A stretch of DNA of 64,000 nucleotides, from NCBI GenBank assembly GCA_038896555.1, contig JAWACZ010000001.1, positions 8,591 to 72,590 on the forward strand, written 5' to 3'. Below the pieces are notes generated by a model. The model did not search any database. It was not told the origin of the DNA and worked only from the letters and a program-made list of their open reading frames with translations. The stretch's first letter is position 1; every line of letters starts with the position of its first letter. This document shows positions 1 to 9,393 of the stretch, in pieces. This stretch comes from Candidatus Caldarchaeum sp. Lineage in GTDB: Archaea; Thermoproteota; Nitrososphaeria_A; Caldarchaeales; Caldarchaeaceae. A program made the position numbers and the translations under genes.

Positions 1-1
1 G

Positions 2-706
2 TTGACAACGGTCTTTGAGAAAGTGTTTGAGATAGGGCCCTTTTTTAGAGCTGAGGAGTCTCATACACGGCGGCACATAAGTGAGTTTACCTCCGTGGAC
101 ATCGAGCAGGCATTCGCCGACATGGATGACGTTATGCAGACGCTTGAAGAAGCAATCGTGTACGTCTACCAGCATGTTATACAACATAACCAAAAAGAGC
201 TGAATGAGCTGGGGCTGACCCTTCGAGTTCCAAAAACGCCTTTCACACGGCTGAGCTACGACCAAGCGGTAGAAATGTTGAGGAAAGACGGCGTAGAGAT
301 TAGGTGGGGTGAGGATTTTGGAACACTCCACCTAAAAGCCCTCGCAAAACATTTCCACAGCTACTATTTCATCACAGGATTTCCAACGGATTTGAAGCCC
401 TTCTACATCCAGCCTTCTTCAGACAACCCAGCTGTATCCGAGTCCTTCGACCTCATGTACCAGTGGCTTGAGCTTGCCTCCGGCGGGACACGAATCTCCG
501 ACCCTCTGCTTCTCAGGAAACGGCTGGCGGAGAAGGGATTAGACCCAAATTCTTTTGAAGACCATTTAAAAGTCTTCAACTATGGAATGCCCGTCCACGC
601 TGGATGGGGTCTTGGCTTTGAAAGGTTGTTGATGGTTTTGACTAGACGTACAAACATAAGGGAGGTAATACTTTTCCCCAGAGACAAGTTCAGGCTGACT
701 CCGTAA
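2..706 (+). CDS. aspS: Aspartyl-tRNA synthetase, C-terminal catalytic part (5' end cut by window edge)
   Basis: Class II aaRS motifs are present: FFRAEESHTRRH, GGTRISDP and GWGLGFERLLM, ending in FPRD..RLTP. The ORF is open to the window edge. Confidence 0.9.
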   Translation: MTTVFEKVFEIGPFFRAEESHTRRHISEFTSVDIEQAFADMDDVMQTLEEAIVYVYQHVIQHNQKELNELGLTLRVPKTPFTRLSYDQAVEMLRKDGVEIRWGEDFGTLHLKALAKHFHSYYFITGFPTDLKPFYIQPSSDNPAVSESFDLMYQWLELASGGTRISDPLLLRKRLAEKGLDPNSFEDHLKVFNYGMPVHAGWGLGFERLLMVLTRRTNIREVILFPRDKFRLTP

Positions 707-1172
707 TTGGTTTAACCGTGTAGTATTGTCTATAGACATAAACAAGCGGAAGCTCGTCAGAGCAGATTTTAGCCTCTTCAACCCTGCCTATCAAAAGGAG
801 GTGGTCACCCGCCTCATACGCGCTCTCCAGCACACACATCAAAACACCTATAACACTTTCTAAAACCGGGTACACGTTTTTTTCAATCTTGTATCTCGTC
901 TTCGTAAACCGCTCATGATGCCCTAAGTAGGCGAATGAATCAGATACTGAAGACTGTTTTTGACTGAGAAGGTTTACCGCAAATCTTTTAGACTCGAGAA
1001 TCATTTGACAAGTGGTGGTATTCTTCTCTAGAGCGACCAAAATGAGAGGCGGTTCTAGAGACACTGAGGTAAAAGAGCTGACAGTCATGCCGTGGGGGGC
1101 GCCTGCGTAAAACGTGGAAACAACAGTAACACACTGGGGCACTCTGCGCATGAAATCTCTTAGTTCGGTCAA
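690..1172 (-). CDS. Flavin reductase-like FMN-binding domain protein
   Basis: 160 aa with the pattern VTVVST..G.PHGMTVSSFTSVSLEPPLILVAL, typical of the flavin reductase-like domain. Confidence 0.7.
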   Translation of the reverse strand: MTELRDFMRRVPQCVTVVSTFYAGAPHGMTVSSFTSVSLEPPLILVALEKNTTTCQMILESKRFAVNLLSQKQSSVSDSFAYLGHHERFTKTRYKIEKNVYPVLESVIGVLMCVLESAYEAGDHLLLIGRVEEAKICSDELPLVYVYRQYYTVKPITESA

Positions 1173-1220
1173 GGTGGAAGAAGTGTTTTATAACAGTTAA
1201 TAACCATGACTCGGCTACGT

Positions 1221-1724
1221 TTATTCTTTGACTGTGAACATCGTGTGAGTTGACGTCATATTGACTTCAGTCAAAAGCCACAGTCTTTTGAAGACCCTGT
1301 TGAAGAAATCGTCTCTCGCCTCCTCCGCAACGCTCACAACTACATCCCACATACCAAACAGCTCATGCCCCTCAAGCACCTCATCTATCGCCATCAAATA
1401 TTTTTCCCACAACTTTGGAGCAGAGGGTCTTTTCATCTTGATGAATATGTAGGCACATTTTCGTCTTGAAGAACAGTTCTCTTTCTCAAACGACAGCCCT
1501 CCCTCGTTCACTATCAACGTGTTTGTGTCAACGACGCCGTGTTCTCTCATATGGTCTAAAATTCTGTTTAGGTGTGGAAGGGATTCTGCGTTTACCTTTG
1601 ATATGACGTCGTAAGGCCCCCATATCAGGTATGATTCCTCAACGTTTTTGTCCGACCTAACGGCGGTCAGTGTTTCCGTCAAGCCGCTCCGAGTTCCAAC
1701 AGTCCCTAGGACAAACGCTTTCAT
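1221..1724 (-). CDS. Protein with two tandem Lrp/AsnC-type ligand-binding (RAM-like) domains and no HTH
   Basis: 167 aa. Two repeats of a beta-alpha-beta-beta-alpha-beta-like segment (GPYDVISKV... and GMWDVVVSV...) resemble AsnC C-terminal domains. Confidence 0.5.
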   Translation of the reverse strand: MKAFVLGTVGTRSGLTETLTAVRSDKNVEESYLIWGPYDVISKVNAESLPHLNRILDHMREHGVVDTNTLIVNEGGLSFEKENCSSRRKCAYIFIKMKRPSAPKLWEKYLMAIDEVLEGHELFGMWDVVVSVAEEARDDFFNRVFKRLWLLTEVNMTSTHTMFTVKE

Positions 1725-1751
1725 GGTTGAGAAACGTCCTTCGAAGGTATT

Positions 1752-2648
1752 TTAGTTTTCAAGGCTTCCCGCCGCTGCGGCTCCCGCTCCAAGCAACGGC
1801 CCGTCTGGGCCTAAGGAGGTGATGGCAACCTTAGCCCTTAGCGTGAGGTATCTCTTCATATGTCTCTCAGCCTTTAGAACAGTTTCACGAGGATGGCTTA
1901 ACGCCACGCCTCCACCTACTATAACTATCTCGGGGTCAAAAGAGTTGATAACACTGGCGAAACCAGCTGCGTTCAGCTCAGCCATTCTACTGATAACTAA
2001 GACAGCACGTCTATCGCCTTTTTTTGCGGCGGAGAATATTTCCCGCGGGTCGTTCCAAAGCTTCTTGCCGTGGATTTTTGAGGCTAGCTTAGGTAGTCCC
2101 GTTGCTGAGCAAAGCGCCTCCCAATGGCCTCTGCCCCCGCAGCCGCATCTGACATAACTTCCATAGTCTACTACTATATGACCGATTTCGACGGCGTTTC
2201 CGTCCTTACCCTGCAGAAGGTGGCCGTCAACGACGGCTCCACCGCCTATCCCTGTACTGATTGAAACAAACACCAAGTTCTCGCATCCACGCCATCGGCC
2301 GTATATCTTCTCAGCGAGAGCGGCGGCCGTGCAGTCGTTGAGAATAACCGGCTCTCTGCGGTGGAAACGTTCAACAATGTCTCGGAGGTTTATCCCTAAC
2401 CAGCCGATGTTGGGAGTTTTCATAACAACCCCTTTCTGCACTGACAAGGGCCCTATCGAAGCCATCCCCACCGCGGCCTTCTCCGAAGCCCCGGACTGAT
2501 GCATAATCTTAAATGCTTGGCTGAATAGGTTGGTCAACCCTTTCTTCGTGGTGGGCGTTCGGTAGATTATTTTCTTGAGGATAACACCGTCTCTTAAAAG
2601 GCCGAACCTTGTGTAAGTCGCTCCCAGGTCAACGGCTATCGTCTTCAC
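1752..2648 (-). CDS. ROK family sugar kinase (glucokinase-like)
   Basis: N-terminal DLGATYTRFG ATPase motif, GIGGGAVVDG, and the Zn-binding CGCGGRGHWE motif typical of ROK kinases. Confidence 0.85.
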   Translation of the reverse strand: MKTIAVDLGATYTRFGLLRDGVILKKIIYRTPTTKKGLTNLFSQAFKIMHQSGASEKAAVGMASIGPLSVQKGVVMKTPNIGWLGINLRDIVERFHRREPVILNDCTAAALAEKIYGRWRGCENLVFVSISTGIGGGAVVDGHLLQGKDGNAVEIGHIVVDYGSYVRCGCGGRGHWEALCSATGLPKLASKIHGKKLWNDPREIFSAAKKGDRRAVLVISRMAELNAAGFASVINSFDPEIVIVGGGVALSHPRETVLKAERHMKRYLTLRAKVAITSLGPDGPLLGAGAAAAGSLEN

Positions 2649-4026
2649 GGCTGTCTATGTACTTGCCTGGGTTAAGTATGTTGTTTGGGTCGAACACTTT
2701 TTTCAGCTCCCTCATCAGCTGAAGCACCTGCCTTCCGTTATGAGCCTCCAGCTGCATTGTGAGCTCACGCATTTTCTGAACGCCGACTCCATGCTCGCCC
2801 GTAATGGTGCCACCTACCTTTATAGAATATTGAACAAGCTCTTCAACAGCTTTCGGAACTTTGGCAACTTCTTCCACGTTGTCAGGGTCGTATAGTATTA
2901 TTGGATGGATATTTCCATCCCCGGCGTGGCCGTTCATCGAAATAATCAAGCCATATTTAGACGAAATCTCCTTCACCTTCATGAGGTACTCGACTAGTCT
3001 GTCGATGGGTACGCATACGTCCTCCACCATTCTTGCTTTAGAGATCATGTTCAAAGCCAAGTACATCGTAGCCCTTATCTGCAGCAGCTCAGCCTCCTCA
3101 TCAGATTCCGCCACCTTTATGATTCTGGCGTTGTTTTCTCTGAGTATTGTTAACAGGCTTGACAGCTCGTTTCCCCTAAACTCTTCTACATCTATGAGAA
3201 GCATCGCCTCGCCTGCTGGCAAGCTTGTTCCATGCATTTTGTTGGCCGCATCGATTCCAACTCTGTCAAAGAACTCGAGCATCCGAGGAACGATCCGCCT
3301 CTTTCTGATCTCCAGTATGGTGTTTCCCGCATCGCTCCAGCTGTCAAACACTGCGTAAACCCTACGCAATGACACGTCAGGTATTGGAGCGATCTTCAGC
3401 CAAGCTTCGACTATAACGCCGAGAGTTCCCTCACTTCCAACCATCAACTGAGCTAGGTTGTAGCCAGCTCTGTTTTTGGCCAAAGGCTCGCCGAAGATAA
3501 CGACGTCCCCATTGGCCAGCACGACCTTCAAAGCGAGAACCCAGTCCTTGACGGTGCCATATTTTACGCATCGCAGCCCTCCCGCACCCTCGGCCACAGC
3601 TCCTCCAACTGTGCATATGAAGCTGCTGGCCGGGTCCGGTGGAAAGAAGAAACCATGTTTAGCCAGCTCGTTGTTAAGTTGTTCTAGAATTACCCCAACT
3701 TCGGCGTGCACGTAGTAGTTGACTGTGTCGATTTTCAGAATCCTATTAAGTTTCGACAGGTCTAGGACTATGCTTTCTGTGACGGCTGCTCCTGTGAGGC
3801 TTGTCCCCGCACCCCATGCAGTGACTGGGATTTTCCTATCATTACAAAACCTTAACAGCTTGCTGACGTCTTCCACGTTTTCCGTGACGACTACCGCGGA
3901 AGGTTTTTTCGAAAACCCTCCCATGTCTTTCGAATATTTCTCAAGAGTTTCGTCATCTGTCAACACTTTATCGCTGCCAAGAATCTCTCTCAGGCTGGTC
4001 AATGTTTCATCGTCGAGCATGTTCAT
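2629..4026 (-). CDS. FAD-linked oxidase (GlcD / D-lactate dehydrogenase family)
   Basis: 465 aa. PCMH-type FAD-binding region (AWGAGTSLTGAAV) and C-terminal GTITGEHGVG motif. Confidence 0.85.
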   Translation of the reverse strand: MNMLDDETLTSLREILGSDKVLTDDETLEKYSKDMGGFSKKPSAVVVTENVEDVSKLLRFCNDRKIPVTAWGAGTSLTGAAVTESIVLDLSKLNRILKIDTVNYYVHAEVGVILEQLNNELAKHGFFFPPDPASSFICTVGGAVAEGAGGLRCVKYGTVKDWVLALKVVLANGDVVIFGEPLAKNRAGYNLAQLMVGSEGTLGVIVEAWLKIAPIPDVSLRRVYAVFDSWSDAGNTILEIRKRRIVPRMLEFFDRVGIDAANKMHGTSLPAGEAMLLIDVEEFRGNELSSLLTILRENNARIIKVAESDEEAELLQIRATMYLALNMISKARMVEDVCVPIDRLVEYLMKVKEISSKYGLIISMNGHAGDGNIHPIILYDPDNVEEVAKVPKAVEELVQYSIKVGGTITGEHGVGVQKMRELTMQLEAHNGRQVLQLMRELKKVFDPNNILNPGKYIDSREDDSR

Positions 4027-4056
4027 GGTCGTTCCAGCATCTCTAAAAACATTCCG

Positions 4057-4803
4057 TCATCTAAGCATACTTAAAACCGTTTGTTTTACTTTCTCGAACT
4101 CCGTCTTTGGAAAGCCTTTCTTATAGTCCTTTAAGCATTCAATGAGATATGTGTTGTCGTAACGCTTGAGAACCCTTGTTATGTATGAAACGAATGACGT
4201 TACGTTGGATGGTTTTCTAGCCGTCGACGAGTGGCTAAAATCTATTATGTATGGTTTGAGCGTCCGGTCGACTATAACATGGTCTGAAGAGTTTGTCAGC
4301 TGGCCGTGGTCTAATGCGTTGACATCCATCGTATGGCATTGTTCCAAGACTTGTTCGATGGATGTGCTGAGCGAGGCAGGATGCTCTTTGGTAAAAAGCT
4401 CGCCCAGCTTAATTCCTTCAACATACTCCATTACTATCATGTCATCCGTCCATTGGATAATTTTTGGGCCTACGTGCATGCTGTTGGCTCTATAATGCAT
4501 CACCGCCTCTTTTTGCATGCTTTTCACAGGCGAGTCTGTTCTCAGGAGCTTTACAGCTACCTTCTGGTAGTTCATCAGCCCTAGCACAACAACCCCCCTA
4601 ACTCCTTTACCTAGAACAAAAGGTTCATACCTCCCACCGACCTCTCTAACACCTAAGCTGGATATGCCAAGCTGTTTCATCGATGAGATTCTTGCCTTTA
4701 TCTCGTGGGGGTCTTTTGAAGGGTAGGCGAGCATGCTGAGGTCATAGTCGCCTGATAACCGCTCTACTGCGGCGAACAATACTGGGCTATGAAATTCGGA
4801 CAT
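4057..4803 (-). CDS. Small RIO/Bud32-like putative Ser/Thr protein kinase (archaeal COG2112-like)
   Basis: 248 aa. GKGVRGVV glycine loop, VAVK lysine, and HGQL...IIDFS resembling catalytic and DFG-like segments. It overlaps the cca 3' end by 40 nt. Confidence 0.5.
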   Translation of the reverse strand: MSEFHSPVLFAAVERLSGDYDLSMLAYPSKDPHEIKARISSMKQLGISSLGVREVGGRYEPFVLGKGVRGVVVLGLMNYQKVAVKLLRTDSPVKSMQKEAVMHYRANSMHVGPKIIQWTDDMIVMEYVEGIKLGELFTKEHPASLSTSIEQVLEQCHTMDVNALDHGQLTNSSDHVIVDRTLKPYIIDFSHSSTARKPSNVTSFVSYITRVLKRYDNTYLIECLKDYKKGFPKTEFEKVKQTVLSMLR

Positions 4804-6119
4804 GCTCTCACAAAATCTTCCAAGAACAGCCGGCCTTCTTCAGAGAGTGTCGGATGCAGCTCCTCGAGGCTTGTGTATATTTTTGATGATTTCAAGTGTG
4901 GACGCAGGTCTTTTGAGACAGAGGCACGCTCCCCCTCGATGAGGTGTTTGACAAAGTCTGCCACATATGTGAAGCTCCTTTTGCGCAGCGAATACAGCCT
5001 ATCCCCTTCAACCCACGGGTATGCGGCCAAATCCTCTTTCCGCGCCTGCTCCTCTACGAAGTCGACTGCGTTTTTGCTCCACACTGGAGGGCCTTTATGG
5101 AGATAAACTTTCGGAAGATGTAAAGACTCCAGCTCAAAAACCAACAGGGCTTTCTCACCCTCAAACCATCTGTCCCATCTAAAGGGCTTGAAGCCGTAGT
5201 TCGATAAAGCCCTCGCCAGACCTTCGAGGGTTTTGCTCAACTCACCCCAAAGCACGTCAGGCGGTCTTTGTGGGACGTTTATGCTGACAGCTAGGAAACA
5301 CCTGCCTTCTGAACTAGGTTTCAGCAACGTCTTCCCTAGGAAATAAGCTTCAGAGGGCTTTTTCAAAAATAGTTTCGACTTCATGATAAATTTCGAAAGG
5401 GGTGTTAGGGAGACAGCGGCTGCGGCGTTCCTGTTTTTATCAACTGGGTCGGGTAGTATGATGGCTGACATTGGCTGGATAACTTTTACAGCGTCGAGGA
5501 CAACCGGCGGCCTCCATCCGGAGGCCTGTTTCACAAGCTCAAGGAAAGAACCATATCTTATGATCAAAAGCTCGCAAACGTAGCCACTGAACCCTTTATT
5601 CTTTATCTCGGCCCCGTAAAGCTCGTCGTTCATCAAAAAAGCTTTAAGGAGACGAATCTCATCAGCCATCTTTTCGTCGATGATGTTTTTGACGTAACGT
5701 GTGTGGTACGGTGTTCTGTCAACAGGCGTCATCCATTTACCGTACTCGGTGTCGTAGCAGGGTACGAGGTTAACCCTTACACCATCTAGATAACCTTCTA
5801 CGTAAGGATGGCTGGCATAACGGAGCTTGACGCTTCCCCCCAGTTTTTTTACAAGCTCTGTGCCCCTCTTCAGCACCGCCTTTGCAGCCTTCTCAACAGG
5901 TGTTTCAGGCTTGAAATGGATGAAGATATCGACCTCTTCCCTCGACCTCACCATAGTGCCTTTTGCAAAGCTTCCTTCAACAGAGGCTGTTCCAGTCCCG
6001 AACAGTTCTTCAACCCCTTTAACAAGCTTTTCAGCGTATAAGCTGGCTTTCTCCAAAGTCTCGGGTAACGGTCTCAACAGCTTCGCCAAAGCCGTGAGCA
6101 GCTTTTCAACCTCTGTCAA
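4764..6119 (-). CDS. cca: CCA-adding enzyme (archaeal class I tRNA nucleotidyltransferase)
   Basis: 451 aa. The EGSFAKGT...VDIFI nucleotidyltransferase motif and the overall length and architecture match archaeal Cca. Confidence 0.85.
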   Translation of the reverse strand: MTEVEKLLTALAKLLRPLPETLEKASLYAEKLVKGVEELFGTGTASVEGSFAKGTMVRSREEVDIFIHFKPETPVEKAAKAVLKRGTELVKKLGGSVKLRYASHPYVEGYLDGVRVNLVPCYDTEYGKWMTPVDRTPYHTRYVKNIIDEKMADEIRLLKAFLMNDELYGAEIKNKGFSGYVCELLIIRYGSFLELVKQASGWRPPVVLDAVKVIQPMSAIILPDPVDKNRNAAAAVSLTPLSKFIMKSKLFLKKPSEAYFLGKTLLKPSSEGRCFLAVSINVPQRPPDVLWGELSKTLEGLARALSNYGFKPFRWDRWFEGEKALLVFELESLHLPKVYLHKGPPVWSKNAVDFVEEQARKEDLAAYPWVEGDRLYSLRKRSFTYVADFVKHLIEGERASVSKDLRPHLKSSKIYTSLEELHPTLSEEGRLFLEDFVRACPNFIAQYCSPQ

Positions 6120-6667
6120 AGGTTTCGCACCGTTATATCCGAGTAGATTGGGCCTGAATGTGTCAACATGCTTTTCTTTAAAGCTATTCTGTCAACTCGC
6201 TGGCTGCCGAAAAATGTTTTTGAATTTCTGTTGACAACATCCAGCAATGCGTTTCTGTCCTTCACGAATTTTACCCGGCAGATGGTTAGATGTGGTGTAA
6301 ACTTCTCTTTTTCAAGCCTCATGCTCGCTAATCTTTTCTCAAGCTTGTTGTGTATTTCTTCGAGTTTTTCAGCACCTTCCGCAACGCCGACCCAGATGAC
6401 GTTGATTCTCCCACCCCCGGGGAAATATCCGAGGCCTGTAAAAGATATCGAGAAGGGTGGTGCCTCAAGTTTTCTAAGGGCTTCCGAAACCATTTCAACT
6501 TCTGCATCACCTATCTCACCCAGAAAACGGAGTGTAAGATGAAGGTTTTCCGGTTCAACGAGTTTCAACCCATTACCCCCAACGCGTGACAGCTCGCTCT
6601 GAACACTCATGATCTGCCTAACAACATTCTTGTCAACAACATCCACAGCTATGAAGGCTCTAACCAT
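6116..6667 (-). CDS. thpR: RNA 2',3'-cyclic phosphodiesterase / 2'-5' RNA ligase family (2H phosphoesterase)
   Basis: 183 aa with two H-x-T-x motifs (HLTLRF and HLTICR). Confidence 0.85.
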   Translation of the reverse strand: MVRAFIAVDVVDKNVVRQIMSVQSELSRVGGNGLKLVEPENLHLTLRFLGEIGDAEVEMVSEALRKLEAPPFSISFTGLGYFPGGGRINVIWVGVAEGAEKLEEIHNKLEKRLASMRLEKEKFTPHLTICRVKFVKDRNALLDVVNRNSKTFFGSQRVDRIALKKSMLTHSGPIYSDITVRNL

Positions 6668-7334
6668 CTGACCATCCTCTCTTCATCATGGTTAATTTCT
6701 TTGCCAGCTCGGTTGCAACCGCTTCAAGCATGCTGTCTGCGTTTAAAACCGTTATAACGGAGCCGTCCAGCTCTCCCTCCAAAACCTTGTAATAGCGTTG
6801 GACAAGCTCTTGAAGCTCGTCATCTTTCTCGAAAACATGGTCTGAGCCTGCCTCCTTCTGAAAAGCCCTCCTTCTCCGCGTTTCTCGGTCCACTTCAACC
6901 AACACGATGAGGTCGGGTTTGACGAACACGCCGGAGCCTAACTCTTCCACAAGCCGGAAGAACTGCAAAAACCTCTGCTCGTCCACAGGTTTTCCAAAAT
7001 GTTTAGAAACAAGAGCGAAGCCGTACACGAGAGAGCAGACATAGTACCTGTCTATGAAAAGATATTCGGGACGTTTTTCTGCAGCGATTTTTTTCAGAAC
7101 CGAGCTATCGTCTGCCGTGTTGGCTAAAAAGAGAAGCATACGGGTAAAAGGGTCTGTCGACGGCCTGTTTCCATATTCTTTAGCGAAAACACCCGTAGCT
7201 GTTTCGCTGGGTGTTTTATATGTTTCCACACTGTAGCCAAGCTTGATTAACTTCGATGCCGTCTCCTTCATAAGCGTGGTTTTTCCAGAGCCGTCGACCC
7301 CCTCCCAGACGACTACGGAAGTGTTGTCCAGCAT
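6660..7334 (-). CDS. tmk: Thymidylate kinase-like (dTMP kinase family)
   Basis: P-loop WEGVDGSGKTT and a DRYYVCS segment matching the DRY motif region of Tmk. Confidence 0.7.
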   Translation of the reverse strand: MLDNTSVVVWEGVDGSGKTTLMKETASKLIKLGYSVETYKTPSETATGVFAKEYGNRPSTDPFTRMLLFLANTADDSSVLKKIAAEKRPEYLFIDRYYVCSLVYGFALVSKHFGKPVDEQRFLQFFRLVEELGSGVFVKPDLIVLVEVDRETRRRRAFQKEAGSDHVFEKDDELQELVQRYYKVLEGELDGSVITVLNADSMLEAVATELAKKLTMMKRGWSDG

Positions 7335-7355
7335 CTATTGCAACCGTGTTGGTTC

Positions 7356-7365
7356 AATATATTAA
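7356..7365 (-). promoter_or_regulatory. TATA-like box for the tmk-thpR-cca operon
   Basis: The sequence aatatattaa lies 22-31 nt upstream of the tmk ATG (7334) on the minus strand. This spacing fits a leaderless archaeal transcript. Confidence 0.45.
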
Positions 7366-7695
7366 GGCGATGGCGTTTCCACCCATCATGTCGGATAAGA
7401 ACGACGACTCTGAGGGTATGATGAGACAAGTAGTTTTGATCTGTCAATAACCCAGCCCGATAATCTCCGACTCCAGCCAGTTCTTTCACATTCCGCTCGG
7501 TTGGGTTTTGTTTTGTATGGGTCGGGGTGTTTTGGACAGTCCAATTATCAAGGCGACGTATCCCACGGCTTTCGAGATAGCTGCCGCCTGAGACCAGCCC
7601 CCTATATTCTCTTGAATTTTCCCGGTTGAACATGGTTTGAGGCTTTGTTGTTGAAAGTTTAAAAGATCCAGAACCGCTGGAAAAACGTGGTTTAG

Positions 7696-8112
7696 ATGGC
7701 GGTTACCTTGCGTGTGCGGGATGTTATGGACAGGAAAATCGTCGAGCTCGATGAGAAGGCGACGGTTTTGGAGGCTGTGAAGGCCATGCTGGACAACAAC
7801 GTGTGGTCTCTAGTGGTAACACGTAACAAACTGCCGGTTGGAGTTGTAACCGAGAGGGATGTCATAAGACGATGCGTGTCCAAGGGCTACTCCCTAAACA
7901 TGCAACTCAGGGAAATAATGTCTTCTCCCATTGAAACGATACCCCCAGAAGCCTCTATCGGCGAGGCTATGGGTAAGATGGTGGAAAAAGGGATACGAAG
8001 GCTGTTCGTCGTTGAAGAAGGGAAGATAATAGGACGTGTAACGCAGACGGAACTGTTTGAAAACATTCTGAACGTAATGATGACTCTTTCATCGCTAAAG
8101 TCCCAGCTTTGA
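7696..8112 (+). CDS. CBS domain pair protein
   Basis: 138 aa with two CBS repeats (VVTERDVIRR and RVTQTELFE). Confidence 0.85.
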   Translation: MAVTLRVRDVMDRKIVELDEKATVLEAVKAMLDNNVWSLVVTRNKLPVGVVTERDVIRRCVSKGYSLNMQLREIMSSPIETIPPEASIGEAMGKMVEKGIRRLFVVEEGKIIGRVTQTELFENILNVMMTLSSLKSQL

Positions 8113-8486
8113 AACTGGCTGTTAAAGTCACAGCAGCCGTCAACCCCACCGAGAGTATGGAGAAGGTAGTCAAGGCTGTTTTGAACATCTTCCCTAAGGC
8201 TTCCGTCGAGAAAGAGCATGAAAGGGTGACTGCCATTGTGGACTCGCTTGAGGGTTTGGAGAAGCTTCGCATGATAATTAGGTCACGCCGTATAAGAAAC
8301 ACTGCAAGGATGCTGCTGTCGAAAAACATCTCCGGAAACACTGTAACCTTCTACCTCAACAAGCAAGCCGCTTACGTGGGAAGACTGTCCTTCTTCGAAG
8401 CAGGCGAAGTCATGGCTCTAGGCCCTATAGAGGTCCGGATAGAGTCGGACAAAGTTGAAGAAACAATAAGATGGCTTACCGAGTGA
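8109..8486 (+). CDS. UPF0201 family protein (predicted RNA-binding, COG1931-like)
   Basis: 125 aa. NPTES..KV..A..N.FP, RIRNTAR, LNKQAAYVGR and LGPIEV match my memory of the archaeal UPF0201 pattern. It overlaps the CBS gene by 4 nt. Confidence 0.65.
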   Translation: MKLAVKVTAAVNPTESMEKVVKAVLNIFPKASVEKEHERVTAIVDSLEGLEKLRMIIRSRRIRNTARMLLSKNISGNTVTFYLNKQAAYVGRLSFFEAGEVMALGPIEVRIESDKVEETIRWLTE

Positions 8487-9393
8487 AGGGAACTGTGTAA
8501 GAGTCGAGGTCTTCCGCCACATAGCTTTCAGGAAAAACCAGCCTTGCCTCTCTGAGCAGCGCCTCCGTGTCTTCATAGCGCGGACTTATGTGGAAGAGGT
8601 AGAGACGTTTAACACCTGCGTTCAAAGCTGTTTCAGCCGCCTCGGAAGCCGTCGAATGCCCTTCCTCAACAGCCTTATTTTTAAGACTGTTGTCGAATGT
8701 TGAATCGTGGATGAGGACATCGGCTTTTCTAGCTGCTTCTAGCACGTTTTTACATGGACGTGTGTCGCCAGTGTAGACGATTTTTCTCCCAGGACGGAGA
8801 GGTTCCATAGCTTCTTCAGGCGTTATTACCCTGTTGTTGAAAGTTATGAGCTTACCTCTCTGAAGCATTCCCCACAAAGGACCGCGCGGTACACCCAGAG
8901 AATCGAGGAATTCCTCACGCATCCTTCCAGGCCTAGGGGCTTCCTGCAAGACATATCCGTAAGAAAGTGTTGTATGCTCGGTCCTGAAGCACGTAACGGT
9001 CACTTCATCGACGTTTACTGCATCACGTGGGTTGATCTCTCTAACCTTCACCCTAAACCCAAGCTTTCCAAGCTGTGGAATCATAACCGCCGTTAAAAAA
9101 CCTGCGATGCCAGGAGGCCCGTTAACGTTAACATCTTCAGACCTGCCGTTCATCGACAGCGTGAACAATAATCCTGGAAGTCCAAGTACATGATCTCCGT
9201 GGAGATGTGTTATGAAGATATGGAGATTAGGCTTCATCCCAAGACCTGCATGGATCAGCTGTCTCTGAGTGCCTTCTCCGCAGTCAAACAGTATGAGAGA
9301 GGATTTGAGACGGACCGCTATAGACGGCAGCCCTCTTTTTTTAGATGGCATGCTTCCGCCTGTGCCTAGAAAACATATCCTCATCTCACTCAA
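8476..9393 (-). CDS. rnz: Ribonuclease Z (tRNA 3' endonuclease)
   Basis: 305 aa metallo-beta-lactamase fold with THLHGDH, and a length and layout typical of short RNase Z. Confidence 0.9.
   Translation of the reverse strand: MSEMRICFLGTGGSMPSKKRGLPSIAVRLKSSLILFDCGEGTQRQLIHAGLGMKPNLHIFITHLHGDHVLGLPGLLFTLSMNGRSEDVNVNGPPGIAGFLTAVMIPQLGKLGFRVKVREINPRDAVNVDEVTVTCFRTEHTTLSYGYVLQEAPRPGRMREEFLDSLGVPRGPLWGMLQRGKLITFNNRVITPEEAMEPLRPGRKIVYTGDTRPCKNVLEAARKADVLIHDSTFDNSLKNKAVEEGHSTASEAAETALNAGVKRLYLFHISPRYEDTEALLREARLVFPESYVAEDLDSYTVPFTR

Noticed and set aside
2861-3358. Numerous 60-165-aa ORFs antisense to confirmed genes (for example 2861-3358, 9513-9887, 16685-17167, 26004-26489, 58857-59282)
   Set aside because: They lie entirely within well-supported genes on the other strand. 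They have low-complexity Ser/Thr/Pro/Ala-rich compositions typical of shadow ORFs, and show no independent start or promoter context.
7366-7655. SRP RNA, RNase P RNA or tRNA in the tmk/CBS intergenic region
   Set aside because: There is no GGAAGG/AGCA helix-8 motif for SRP RNA, no GGAAAGUCC CR-I for RNase P RNA, and no tRNA D-arm or T-arm sequences on either strand.
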